The notes under the pieces are model-generated. The model was not told the origin of the DNA. It was given only the letters and a program-made list of their open reading frames with translations, and ran no database searches. Positions 51,211 through 64,000 of a stretch of 64,000 nucleotides of DNA are shown here, piece after piece; the first letter of the stretch is position 1, and each line of letters opens with the position of its first letter. Made by a program: the position numbers and the translations under genes. Source of the stretch: Squalus acanthias (lineage: Eukaryota); contig CM059432.1 of NCBI GenBank assembly GCA_030390025.1, positions 111,974,001 through 112,038,000 on the forward strand. The letters are read 5' to 3'.

Positions 51211-52023
51211 GACTGGGAGCAAGTGGTCTGACCAGAACCCTTGAAATTATAAGCAAGGCCTTCTCCACTTGCAGCACCACTCCCTGTCACCTCACCAACT
51301 TTAAACAACTCAAAAAGCTCCAAACACTTCTACAAAATTACACAGAGCCAGTAGAAATCAATCAGCAACTAACCTTAGAGCATGTTCAGCTGTGTGAGGT
51401 TAACATAGGGTGTTAGCTCCAGTGTTGACGACGAATATGGCAGCGCTGGCATCTAATCAGCGTTGCATGCTGATTGATGTCACGATCTGCGCACTCTGCA
51501 TACTTCCGGCGCACGCTCCTAATGCCCGCCCTAACCAAGGTGGCATCCGGCGTGGCCCACACCAGAAATGTGTGTGCGTGGCGCGGATGCCATTTCAGGC
51601 AAAAATCGGCACCCATAGCGCCAAAAAAGTGGGCGCTACAGAACTGAATTTTTCACCCATTGTGTCTATAAGGGACAATTAATCAGGACATTGCTTTCCT
51701 GCTTTGCCTTTGTGCAGTACTCAGTTCACATCATTTACATTGAACCGTTATACATTAAACTCATTTATAGGTCTAACCTCTACCACCGGAACATTCTCCT
51801 TGCACTTTTCACTCCACAGCGATGTTTCTGGCACTGAGGTGACCAGCAGGTTCCAAGTAATGCCGATGGGCTACAAGCAGGAACAGCCAGGGTACTGCGC
51901 TTCCATGAGCTGCGCTTACAGGACCGTTTCTCCCAGGTCGCCAGCAGCAGCGCTCGGGAGACCAATCGACCTTTACGGGAGACTCCCGAGCAATGCAGAA
52001 GGGTTGGCAACCCTAGCATCACT

Positions 52024-52380
52024 CATATCCTCCAGTCTGCTCTCCTGCAGACCAGCAGGACTGATGTGCCACTGCCCCAAGGGAGGGAGGTTGACAGAAT
52101 GGATGCAGTACATGCAGAGCTCTCTCAGGATATCAGCACATCTCCTCCCTTGCCACCTCCTCAACCAATACCTGACATGGTGCCTGAACTTCAGCTGGCC
52201 CAGACTGCCCCTTCAGACGTCTGTAGCAGGGCTCCACCACCTAGAGGTTGTCGACCGCGAGCATCTCACAAGTCTGAGGAAGATACACAGCAGCCTACCA
52301 CTATCTCTGCTCGAGCCACTCGGGTAGCACTTCGTAGAAGTGGTAGAACTAGGAAACAAACAGCTAAAAAGTGCATTTAG
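52024..52380 (+). pseudogene. H3 Myb-like gene, 3' part
   Basis: Continues the sequence broken at 35730; ends PPRGCRPRAS...VALRRSGRTRK. Confidence 0.75.
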
Positions 52381-52609
52381 GGTTCTCACTTGAGTGTTGC
52401 ACTAAATGATCTGTTAATATTTGATTTTTGGTGCATATTAAAGCCTTTATTTACTTCTGTCACTGTCGTGTGCCCTCTGCTTTCAATGCAATGTCTGGCT
52501 TTTATGTTATAGTTTTGGAAGTCAGTTCAATGTTTTGGACAGTTTGGAGTATTCTAAACCAATGGAGTGAAGGTTGCAGAACTGTTAGTGTAAGGGGCTC
52601 TGGCCACAT

Positions 52610-53700
52610 AAGAGAGGCGAACTATGAGATCATCCCTTGCATTTCGGGCTGCAAGGTGATCCACACGCCGTGTGTTAGGTCCTCCATCTTCCTCCTCACC
52701 ATCCTCTTCCTCATCAGATGTGGAGTCCTGGAGAGGTCTTCCTCCTGCACCTCCAGCCCTCTGTTGAGCGATGTTATGGAAAGCGCAGCATGCCACAATT
52801 ATTCTGGAGACTCTGGCTGGTGAATATTGCAGAAAGCCTCCAGACCTGGCAAGGCACCTGAACCTCAACTTCAACAACCTTGTGGTGATGTGGCTGCTGT
52901 TGTCCCTGTTCTGCTGTGGAGTGGTGGAGTTTCAAAGAGGTGTCATGAGCCATGGTAGAAAGAGGTAACCCTTGTCTCCAAGCAGCAATCCTCTGACACA
53001 GGTGCCAGACCAAAACATGGGGGGGTGGGATATTGGATTGCCTTAAGATGAAGGCATCATGGCAGCTCCCTGAATAGTGGGCACATATCTGCATGAACCT
53101 CTTTTTGTGATTATAAATTAGTGAAACATTGATGGAGTGGAAGCCCTTGGAGTTAATAAAGGCTCCTGGCTGGACAGGGTGCCCTGATGGGTATGTGTGT
53201 GCAATCTATGGTGCCCAGCAGTTGTGGGAAGCCAGCAAGACCTGCAAACCCCAATGCTCTCTCTGTCTGACTACTGTCATCTGTTGGAAATAAGATATAT
53301 CAATTCTCCCTGGCAACTAACGCATCGGTCACCTGCCGGATGCATTTATGGGTGCCTGACTGCGACAGCCTCAATATGTCTCCCGTGGATGCCTGGAAGA
53401 GTCCAGAGGTGTAAAAGTTGAGGGCGGTGGTCATTGGCATGGCATGGCCGCCCGGTCCAGCGGGCAGCAGGTCTTCTTCCAGGAGGCTGCAGAGGTCCGC
53501 AACTATCTGCCTTGACAATCTGAGCCTCCTGAAGCACTGCTCCTCAGATAGGTCAAAGAATCTCTCTGTAGACCCTGTGAGGTCGGTAAGGCCTTCTGTC
53601 AGCATGTCCTCTCAGTTGCTGCCTTTTCTGTGCCCTCCTGCAGCTCCTTCTTCAGCACGTCCTTGCTGCTGCTGCTCCTCTTCCTCCTCTTCACTCCAGT
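52610..53700 (-). pseudogene. H3 DDE transposase, degraded
   Basis: LSEEQCFRRLRLS, ALNFYTSG, SCHDAFIL, LRFRCL...CCAFHNIA. Confidence 0.85.
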
Positions 53701-56002
53701 AGATTGCAGCTAAAGCAGAATCTGTAATCAGCTTCTTGTATTTTTTTCAAAAGACTCTCCAAATTACCAGCAAAACCAAACAATGATCACAGCCCACAAT
53801 GAAATGAAAGAGCACTGTGAGTGTTGCAGCTTTATTCAGATCGTGGCCTCCTTTAATTTAGCTGCACTGATCAGTCGGCACCCAATCCCAGCGGCCTGTA
53901 TTAACCCCGTACTGCACTCGTTAAAGTCATATTGGGGTCTTAATTGCGTCGTCGGACCCTGATTTACATATATTAACGAGGCTCCTGCCTCTCTACAGTG
54001 GGAGACTCGTTGACCCTGATACTCAACGGCGTTAATATTGCGGCGGCCGGGAACGCGGCACGTTGGGGACAGGATCACCATTTCCAGGATTTTAACTCCT
54101 CGCCCGAATACCCTTTCTTGTCCGTCGGGGGAGGTTAAAATCGAGGCCAATCATCTCAGTAGATATAAGATTACTGTAGGAATAGATGATATGGAATGTG
54201 CTCTAACTCCTTCAGAGACACTCTAACTATCCCAAGGTGCCTCTGAGCGACAGCAGTATAACTTTAGCAAGTTGAAATATGTTCTGTACAAGATATTGAG
54301 CTTTCAGAATAGACATCCCCCAACTTTCTTCCACAATGGTCTTTTATCCCAGGCTTCTCTCACTGCACTGGAGCTCACCTGATCCATGGATAAAAGAACA
54401 GATATTAGAACGTAATTTTACTTCAATGCGGAAGAGAAAGGAAATAAAGTGCAGTGCTGTCAAAGAATGAACAATCTGTGCTGAGATCCAAGGTTCCTAA
54501 ATAGAGTCTCATTTAAAGATAGTGAAAGAAATCACCACCCTCAAAATGAAATGATCTCCGAAGGGCTTCATATGACTTTTTATTTTGCAAAGTTTTGTGA
54601 TTTCTGTAAGACACAAAGATACGAGAACATACAATTTGTAGAAATAATCAGCGCTGGTTGTACCAACTTTACAGAACTCAGAACAACAGAAAAAGTAAAT
54701 AAATAAACAAGAATGAAATACTGTTTCTAGTCTTGAGTTTTCACAAATAATGGCAATTGACACCATGGTTGTAAGGCCAATAAAAGCACAATGGGTGTTG
54801 TGACAAACATTCTTAACTTCACACAAGAAGAAATGAGTGAACTATTGATCTTTTAGTAAAGGATGGAGTATTTTAATCATTTGTGACTGACTCTGATTAT
54901 TGGGCCAGCTCATTGAGCAAAATGGTCAAATCCTTGGCAACCAAGTTGAGAAGGTCTGGATTCTGCCATGGGTGCACTGATCACTCAGATACCCCCCTTA
55001 ACTTCCAAAAGTCCACTGCTATAGAGACCGCCACTGACCCCATGAACTTCGGAGGGGTTAGTGGCAGAGTCCTGCGTAAGGCACAATCCCAGCATTACTG
55101 CTAGAATCACTCCCCACATATTCTCCAGGCTATGAAATTTAGGAATGCTAAAATGCCATTAAACCCAATAGGCCTAGCCCTTTTTTGATAGCTCACCTTA
55201 TCACTCAATCCTTTCTTATCTAAAGGCATCTAATTGCTTCTTAAATTCTTCACAATATCAATTTTCCATGGCTCTGCTCCAAGCACAAAATATCGCTTGA
55301 TGGGAGCACAGAGGTAAGCACATTTGATTTTTCTGTTATCATCAAAGATCTAAAAGAAGACAGAGTGAAGAGAAGATAAATCGTAGGAAAAGGAATGACA
55401 GGGCAAGCAGAAGTAAAGTGTTGAGCATTTTTACTTAAGAATGATTTTAATTTATTTTGTGATATGCTACAGTCATGTTACATTAACATTGCTACTCCTA
55501 ATTTTTAAACAACTTTACAACTGTAATGTTAGCTTGCTTTAGCATCTTGGTCTATGGCTGAAAACGTTTAAAAATCTCCAGCCCAGAGAGTCAGAAATTC
55601 CCCAGGAACTGCTGGTAATTTCAGGGTTACATCTGTCTCATGAAACAAGTTGTACAGGTTTGGTTCACTGCAACACACTTTAGATTGTGACCACTTACAG
55701 AAAATGGGTAAAATAGGGTTGTTAAATGCTTGATGGATGGGAGGATTGTAATGCATGGCCACTTCATATGTAAACGTCTAATAGTAAAAGCTTTGGAGTC
55801 AAAATGTGTACCAGAAGCACATTGTTGCTTGGGAGCTGAAGGCTCAGGATCATGTGGATTGAATTATTTCACAGATACATGCAAAACCCCTGAAGCTGAA
55901 GAATTGATTTCTATGGATAATTTAGAGATATGTTGGTGTTTACTTAAAGCTTCCATGAAATAGCCCACTGAAAGTACAGACATGTCACTTGAGCCAAGGT
56001 GC

Positions 56003-57292
56003 CTGGAAAACAGCCTCACACTCGTTAGCAAAATTGAAGCCCATGGGATTTAAAGGGCAGTAGCTGCTGGATACAAACTTGGCTAAAGGACAGAAAGCAG
56101 AGAGTAGTGGTGAATGGTTGTTTATCAGACTGGAGGGAAGTATGCAGTGGCGTCCCCCAGGGGTCAGTATTAGGACCACTGCTCTTTTTGATCTATATTA
56201 ATGACCCAGACTTGGGTATACAGGGCATAATTTCAAAGTTTGCAGATAACACGAAACTTGGAAATACAGTAAACAGTGAGGAAGATAGTAGCAGACTTCA
56301 GGAGGACATAGAGTCATACGGCACAGAAGGAGGCCATTCGGCCCATCGAGTCTGTGCTGGCTCTCTGTAGAGCAAGCCAGTCAGTCCCATTCCCCCGCTC
56401 TATCTCCGTAGCCCTGCAAGTTTATTTCCCTCAAGTGCCTATCCAGTCTCCCCTTGAAAACATTGAGTGTGTCCGCTTCCACCACTTCCGTCGGCAGCGA
56501 GTTCCAGGTCCTCACCACTCGCTGTGTAAAAATGTTTTTCCTCACATTCCCCCTGTATCTCGTGCCCAAAACCTTAAATTTGTGTCCCCTAGTCCTTGTA
56601 CCATCAACTAGTGGGGACAGCCTTTCCCCATCTAGCCTATCCAAACCCGTCCTAATCTTGTACACCTCTATCAAATCACCCCTCAATCTCCTTTGCTCTA
56701 ATGAAAACAAATCCAACTTCTCCAACCTGTCCTTGTAGCTAAGATCCCCCATCCCGGAACCATTCTGGTAAATCTCCTCTGCACCCTCTCAAGGGCCTTC
56801 ACATCCTTCCTAAAGTGAGTTGACCAGAACTGGACGCAATACTCCAGTTGTGGCCTAACCAGCGCTTTATAAAGGTTCAGAATAACTTCTCTACATTTGT
56901 ACTCAATACCTCTATTTATGAAACCCAAGATCCCATATGCTTTGCTAACCACTTTCTCAATATGTCCTGCCACCTTCAGGGACCTATGCACATTAACTCC
57001 CAGGTCCCTCTGTCCCTGCACACTCTTTAAAACTGTGCCATAGACATAGGCAGACTGGTGAAATGGGCAGACACATGGCAGATGAAATTTAACGCAGAGA
57101 AGTGTGAAGTGATTAGTTTTGGTAGGAAGAATGAGGAGAGGCGATATAAACTAAATGACAGAATTCTAAAGCCGGTGCAGGAACGGGGAGACCTGGGGCT
57201 GCAGGTACACAAGTCTTTGAAGGTGGCAGGACAAGTTAAGAAGGCCATTAAAAGGCATACTTGGCTTTATAAATAGAGGCATAAAGTACAAA
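56003..57292 (+). mobile_element. CR1 fragment interrupted by an antisense CR1
   Basis: [20 protein letters not shown] ... WADTWQMKFN. Confidence 0.9.
56312..57042 (-). mobile_element. 5'-truncated CR1 nested in CR1, TSD GACATAG
   Basis: GACATAG at 56305-56311 and 57043-57049; LVRPQLEYC, FTQRVV. Confidence 0.88.
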
Positions 57293-57295
57293 AGA

Positions 57296-57440
57296 ACTCC
57301 CCTGGTCTTTGAATAGTGCTGTGAGATCTCTTAGGTCCACCTGAAAGGACAAATAGGGACCTTGGTTTAACGTCACATCAAAAAGACGGTATCTCTTGAT
57401 TATGTGCTCAAGTCTCTGAAGTAGGGCTTGAATTCCTAAC
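57296..57440 (-). mobile_element. Degraded 5' half of the Deu-domain SINE
   Basis: Reverse complement matches GTTCAAGTCCCACTCCAGAGACTTGAGCACA and GATGTTAAAC of 5880-6347. Confidence 0.65.
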
Positions 57441-57464
57441 CTATGCCTCCCAGCATCTTAAAGA

Positions 57465-58162
57465 CCCCACTCCCTGCTCTTTCTCCATAGCCCAGCAATT
57501 TTTTCCTTTCCAAGTATTTATCCAATTTCCTTTTGAAAGTTATTATTGAATCTGCTCCCACCACCCTGTCATTCCAGATCACAACAACTCGATGCATAAT
57601 TTTTTTTTCCTCATGTCACCTCTGGTTCTTTTACCAATCATCTTAAATCTGTGCCCTCTGGTTATCGACTCTTCTGTTATTGGAAACAGTTTCTCTTTAT
57701 TTACTCTATCTAAACCCTTCATGATTTTAAACACCTCCATCAAATCTCCTCTTAGCCTTCTCTGCTCTAAGGAGAATAACCCCAGCTTCTCCAGTCTATC
57801 CACATAAATGTATTCCCTCATCCCTGGAACCATTCTAGTAAATCTCTTCTATACCCTTTCCAAAGCCTTCACATCCTTTCTAGAGTGTGGTGCCCAGAAT
57901 TGGACACAATACTCCAGCTGTGGCCGAACTAGTATTTTATATAGGTTTAGCATAATTTCCTGGCTTTTGTACTCCATGGTTCTATTTATAAAGCCCAGGA
58001 TCCCATATACTTTATTAACTGCTTTGTTAACATGTCCTGCCACCTTCAAAGATTTGTGCGCAAGTACCTCTAGGTCTCTCTCTTCTTGCACCCCCTTTAA
58101 AATTGTACCATTTAGCATGTATTGTCTCTCCTCATTCTTCCTTCCAAAATATGTCACATCTC
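57465..58162 (-). mobile_element. CR1 3' fragment
   Basis: LVRPQLEYCVQFWAP, LEKLGLFSLEQRRLRGDL. Confidence 0.9.
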
Positions 58163-58365
58163 GCCTTGGAAAATATAATCGAGCGCATTGTAAAACCTGC
58201 TGCCAATTTGCTATGAGCCTGTTTTGCACAACTGGTGGAGACCGATTTCACCTCCAAAGGATCAATACACACTGGCCTTCTTACAGCTGACAATAGAATA
58301 TCATCCATAGATGTCAAGGAGAAGATCCCTAGCATACGTTCTTTGCCAGAAAAAGTGTAGGGAGA

Positions 58366-58626
58366 CTAGAATCATAGACTGATACAGCACAGAAGGAGGC
58401 CATTCGGCCATTCATCCCTGTGCAGGCTCTTTGAAAGCGCTATCCAATTAGTCCCACTCTCCTGCTCTGTACCCATTGCCCTGCATTTTTTTCCTTTTCA
58501 AGTATTTATCCAATTCCCTTTTGAAAGTTATATTGAATCTGCTTCCACCACCCTTTCAGGCAGTGCATTCCAGATCACAACAACTCACTGGGTAAAAGAA
58601 ATTCTCCTCATCTCCCCTCTGGTTCT
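58366..58626 (-). mobile_element. CR1 extreme 3' fragment and 3' UTR
   Basis: Matches 57465-57630 and 56312-56460. Confidence 0.8.
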
Positions 58627-61600
58627 ACAGGAGGTGAAATATGTCGTCAGAACCCATGTGAAATATACTTTCATTCTATGAAATTTTGCAAATATAATTT
58701 TCAAAAAATAAATGGTAATAAAATTAGACATTATTATCAAGGACACTCCTATAATTTTATGTTATTTCCCTTTCTTTAATCAGCCAAAAAATATTACTCT
58801 TATTAACTTTTCTTTAACATATGCCAAATGTTAATTCCAAAATAACCTCCAGTCAGTAAAGTGATTCCACTGACTGAACCATCAACTCTTTATATTCACA
58901 TTTTTCCAAAGTCCTAGTTTTGCATTTATTTCTTTTATCTGATGTCATTTTTTATTGTCAATTCCTGATGGCTAACACCATTTAGCACATTTTTAATACA
59001 TGGATATATATACTTCATAATTTTCTTGTCACACGAGTTGGATGCTGGTCTTCACGGCTCCCTCTAAACTGCATTGTAAGCAAAATCTCCACAATATTGC
59101 AATTGCAGTCACTGTGAAAATTACTCAACTTTTATTGCAGAATATAGTTCATCAGAGGAAAATTACCTCATATTGGAGAAGCCTGTGTGGTTGTCACTTC
59201 ACATTTACTGTCACATTTTTTGGCAAGCAACCAAAATTGACAATAGCAGCAATCTCTTGTATCCTATGGAAAAATAGAAACACTGCATTTGAAATACTTT
59301 ATGCGTTTGGATAAAGTAGATTTAAGTTTCAAATGATACGCAAGACATAGGGATTTAATTTAGTGTTCCCCCAGCAGTAGATACTACAAAGCAGCAAATT
59401 CAATATTTATATTAAAGTAAAATTTTTATGCTTAATTATTTATGGTATTTTTACTCTTTACTTCTGTTGGTTTCCACATCCCAGGCATCATCCATAGACC
59501 CAAAGGGTGAGCCACTGATCTGCACCCATGTCTCTGCCAGTGCCTATTTGTAGTCAGCTGCTAGATAGACACACAACAGCATTTGAAAGCTCTATCTCTC
59601 TTCCTTCCTGTGGAGGATGTGCTGGCCTCCCCTTCCTGCTTTCCCAAGATGGTGTAAAAGAGATTGGAAACTCATCGTGTGGGAAGTCAGGCACAAATCC
59701 AAATCATACTAAAGCACATTGGAGCTCCATCTTGGCATCCTGTATGAGTTTCAGTTCATCTAGTCCTGATATCAGAATAAATTAGTGAGCCTATTGTATT
59801 TGTCTCTGTTTTAATGTACTGGAATGGGAATGTGCAACTATAGATGAATACAATGGAAATTTGAAAATACCAGAGTTAGTGGAGGGGTCAAAGCAATTCC
59901 TTCACCTTAATTTCTAATTGAAAAAAGGTAGGCTGAGGATTCACACAGTGCAATTGATAGAGGCAGCACTTTTTTTTTTAAAAGAGTAGTTTTGATTAGT
60001 TACCAGTGTGTTTGATACATAAAGGCTGTAAGATATAAGAAGCTAAGGGCAGGAGAAAGTTACTCAGTCCATCCAGCTTACCCTGTCATTTAGATCTACA
60101 TTCATGATTTGCCTGGCCCATTATGATGCTCCTCTGACTTAATATCAAATCTATGTCCCTTTATTCTCCACTGAATCAGTAACTCGTCCACAATTTGTTT
60201 AATTGGGGTTTTAATCACTGTGCAGTAATGCATTACAGCTGTGATAATATACAGAATATACAAGTGTGTGGTAATCATGCCAAGAATTAGGTTAACACCA
60301 ATTAACCACTCCATGATGAGTGGTAAGCAGGCTATGGGGTTTACCCAGAGAAAACAATACCACCCTTTGTTTTTTGTAATTTTCTTCAAAAGATCAATAC
60401 TGCATTTGCATTTAAGTTTTTATAAATTGTTTGCAGCAGAATCTTTATTGGGGCAATTTCCTTCAATTACAATGTGGAATGCTCGTGTACAAATGCTGAA
60501 TGCATTGATCTGAAATTCCTCTCCCCACTATTTTAATTGAGAAATCCATGTAAAATAAAATGGGTTAAATCTTCAGCTAAAGTAGTGAGTAGAGGAATTT
60601 CAGATAAATGCAAGTATCCCATGCTGCAATTATAGGATCTTTATGTTACTGATATCGGAAAGATAGTGGGAATGTTCCTTGAGGGTAATTTTGACTGTGT
60701 GCGATAGTGTAAAATGGGTGAAAGTAAATCGGCAGTCCGTTTTACATCGTTCCCCATTTTTATTTTCATTGAAGAGGAAATTTTCCTGCTAGGCTAACTA
60801 TGTCACTGATCCTTTGTGACCAGAGGAAAATTTTCCCCTAAATGATCAATTCGACCAGTAACAACTCAGTTTTTGGTGGGATGGATCCTTTATTACTTTA
60901 TTGACAAATGAAAATACAGTAAAATGTAAATCCAAGTACAATCTTATCAGACCAGAAAACCAAACCCAGCTTTTGACCCTCATATAAAACACAAAGCACA
61001 CACGATAAGTTAGAATGTTAACCAGTGCTGTTTTGGGGATGAGGCAGTTGAAAATGGCACATTTGATTGTGTGGAGTGATATTTGCAAGCAATTTAACTG
61101 TCATTGTAGGATAAGTTGGAAATCCTAGAAAGAATTGATTAACAAAGAAACTGTGTGTATGTATTTTTTGAAGGGGAGGGAATGGTTTTATCGCAAATGT
61201 GAACAGCATTAAATCTGAACCAAAAGCATCTCCCCCGAGTGGTTTGGATTTACGATGCTCTACTGTACTATCAAATTTTATACTAAAAAAATCAATTTGT
61301 AGGGATATTATAGCTTTAAAAGGTTCATAGGTACTTTTACAGAGGGCCAAGCCAAGAGATATGTCATGTCCGTCTCAATGAAACAGAGACATTAGGCTCC
61401 CACCAGCGCAAGACAAGAATCAGTTCTTAAGATAAAAACTGATTGTTGTCGCTAAAGAAGCCAATGTCTTGTAAACACTAAAGGCTGAATTTTTGTTTTG
61501 GAGGGCAGTGGTGAGCTTTACTCAACGCTACCTTTTCACAGTTACACTCCCACCCAATGTGGTGATTCACCTCCTCTCATGGTAACCACCAAATTATCAT

Positions 61601-61689
61601 ACTGAAATAGTTTCACAGCTGAATATAGGTGCCTTGGCAGCCATTGTGCTGCCCTTGGTAAACTACAGTTAGCGATACAGATAGGGATG

Positions 61690-64000
61690 ACAGAAGTTGA
61701 AGGCACTTTATATAAATGCAGGTAGCATTCGCAACAAGGTGGATGAATTAATGGCACTAATAGAAGTAAATGGGTATGATGTAATTGCCATTACAGAGAC
61801 ATGGTTGCAGGGTAACCAAAGCTGGGAACTGAATGTTCCAGGGTACTCAACATTTAGGAAGGATAGACAAAAAGGAAAAGGAGGTGGCGTAGCGCTGTTA
61901 ATAAGGGATGAGATTGGTACGGTAGAGATAAAAGATCTTGGCTCAGCAGATTGTGATGTAGAACTGGAATCAGTTTGGGTGGAGCTAAGAAACAGCAAAG
62001 GGCGGAAAACATTGGTGGGAGTTGTATATAGGCCACCAAACAGTAGTGGTAATGTAGAGCACAATATCAATCAAGAAATTAGAAGTGCATGTAACAAGGG
62101 CAATACGGTAATCATGGGGGACTTTAATCTACATATTGATTGGGCAAATCAAATTACCACTAATGGTGTGGAGGACGAATTCTTGGAATGCATGCGAGAT
62201 GGTTTCCTGGATCAGTATGTGGAGGAACCAACCAGGGAACAGGTTATTTTGGATCTGGTACTGTGTAATGAGAAAGGGCTAATCAATAATCTTGTGGTAA
62301 AGGGGCCTTTAGGGACAAGTGACCATAATATGATTGAATTTTACATTAAGTTTGAGAGTGATGTAGTCCAATCTAAAACTAAGGTCTTCAATCTAAACAG
62401 AGGAAACTACAAGGGTATGAGGGACAAGTTGGCCATGGTAGATTGGGAGATGACACTAAAAGGTATGAAGGTGGACATACAATGGCTAACATTCAAGGAA
62501 ATAATGCATAATTTGCAACAAACATATATTCCTCTAGGGCATAAAAACCCAAAAGGAAAAGTGATCCAACAATGGCTAACAAAAGAAACAAAATAAATTA
62601 AAGCTTGTATTAAGTCAAAGGAGGAAGCTTATAAAGTTGCCAGAAAAAGCGGTCAGCCTGAGGATTGGGATCTTTTTAGAAATCAGCAAAGGGGGACCAA
62701 GAAATTGATAAAGAAAGGGAAAATGGAATATGAGCACAAACTAGCGAAAAATATAAAAACGGATTGTAAAAGCTTCCATAGGTATGTGAAAAGGAAAAGA
62801 CTGGCGAAGGTAAATGTAGGTCCTTCAGAGACGGGAGAATTTATAATGGGGAATGCGGAAATGGCAGAGAAATTAAATAAATACTTTGTTTCTGTATTCA
62901 CGGAGGAAGACACAAAAAACCTCCTAGAAATACGAGAAAACCAAGGGTGTGGCGAGAATGAGGAACTTAAAGAAATTACTATTAGTAAAAAAACAGTACT
63001 AGCAAAATTAATGGGACTAAAAGTCGATAAATCTCAAGGACCGGATGACCTACATCCTAGGGTTTTGAAAGAGGTGGCCATTGGGATAGTGGACGCATTG
63101 GTTGTCATCTTCCAAAATTCTATAGATTCTGGAACGGTTCCTGAAGATTGGAGGATAGCAAATGTAACCCCGCTATTTAAGAAAGGAGGGAGAGAGAAAA
63201 CGGGGAACTACAGACCTGTTAGCCTCACATCAGTAGTTGGGAAAATGCTGGAATCTATTATAAAGGATGCAATAACTGGGCACTTAGAAACTAATAGTAA
63301 GATTGGGCAGAGTCAACATGGATTTATGAAAGGGAAATCCTGTTTAACAAACCTATTGGAGTTCTTTGAGGATGTAACTAGTGGAGTAGACAAAGGGGAA
63401 CCGGTAGATGTGGTGTATTTGGATTTTCAGAAGGCCTTCGATAAGGTCCCACACAAGAGGTTGGTGAACAAAGTTAGGGCACATGGAATTGGGGGTAATA
63501 TACTAGCATGGATTGAGAATTGGTTAACAGACAGAAAACAAAGAGTAGGGATAAACGGGTCTTTTTCAGGATGGCAGGCTGTGACTAGTGGGGTACCACA
63601 AGGATCGGTGCTTGAGCCCCAGCTATTCACAATCTATATCAATGAGGGGACTAAATGTAACACTTCCAATTTTGCTGATGATACAAAACGAGGTGGCAGT
63701 GTCAGTTGTGAAGAGGATGTGAAGAGGCTTTAAGGGGATCTCAACAGGCTCAGTGAGTGGGCGAGAACATGGCAGATGGAATATAATGTGGATAAATGTG
63801 AAGTTATCCACTTTGGTAGAAAAAACAGAAAGGCAGAGTATTTCCTAAATGGTGAAAGATTGGGGAATGCAAATGCTCAAAGGGTCCTGGGTGTCCTTGT
63901 ACATGAGTCACTGAAAGTGAATGTGCAGGTGCAACAAGCCATTAGGAAGGCAAATGGTATGCTGGCCTTCATTACAAGAGGATTTGAGTACAGGAGTAAA
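61690..64000 (+). mobile_element. CR1 ORF2 (APE endonuclease and RT), disrupted, runs off the window
   Basis: YINAGSI, ITETWL, VYRPP, MGDFN, SDHN, NYRPVSLTS, NFADDTK; stops at about 62594 and 63731. Confidence 0.95.

Larger units (their letters stand above)
36423..51658. mobile_element. Harbinger H4 nested in the hAT element
   Basis: TIRs GGGCTAAAAATT / AATTTTTCACCC, TSD ATT (36420-22, 51659-61); Myb (+) and transposase (-). Confidence 0.85.
35731..52015. mobile_element. Non-autonomous hAT element with 8-bp TSD (about 1.05 kb after removing the nested H4)
   Basis: Left TIR TAGGGTTACCAAC (35731), right TIR GTTGGCAACCCTA (52015), TSD GCATCACT at 35723-35730 and 52016-52023. A second right end lies at about 36085-36124. 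Confidence 0.85.
31749..54148. mobile_element. Harbinger H3 (H2 family, opposite orientation), outer shell of the big nest
   Basis: TIRs GGCTCCGATATTAACC / GGTTAAAATCGAGGCC; flanks ATT/AAT. The Myb gene (+) is continuous across 33410|35719-35730|52024; transposase (-) at 52610-53700. Confidence 0.8.

Noticed and set aside
54308..54411. AG/GT-bounded open segment (IDIPQLSSTMVFYPRLL...)
   Set aside because: Weak pyrimidine tract and donor; peptide unrecognised.
60681..60838. Further small MITEs (also about 30771-30872 and 54902-55095)
   Set aside because: TIR-like ends are visible but too degenerate to fix boundaries or TSDs.

Overview
Eukaryotic, repeat-dominated DNA. The repeat content (CR1 LINEs with TTCTTATG/TTCTATG tails, a Deu-domain SINE, a Penelope-type terminal repeat) points to a vertebrate, most likely a cartilaginous fish; this is an inference. 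No host gene can be identified with confidence. Most of the window is PIF/Harbinger DNA transposons, each with a DDE transposase gene and a convergent three-exon Myb/SANT-like gene, plus their MITEs, CR1 LINEs, one Mag-like Gypsy LTR element, a non-autonomous hAT element and SINEs. TIRs, target-site duplications (TSDs) and reading frames that rejoin across junctions let the insertion history be reconstructed. 31749-54148 is a six-level nest: Harbinger > hAT (8-bp TSD, two right ends) > Harbinger > Gypsy > CR1 > CR1s plus a Penelope fragment. 15210-24864 is a second nest. 24953-29822 is a nearly intact two-gene Harbinger. Other notable items: a minimal hammerhead-ribozyme motif at 342-378 (-) and a MITE family with compensatorily maintained hairpins, NRF1/ETS-like motifs and several splice donors. 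I see no evidence of a wholly new biological system; the interest lies in the TE architecture.
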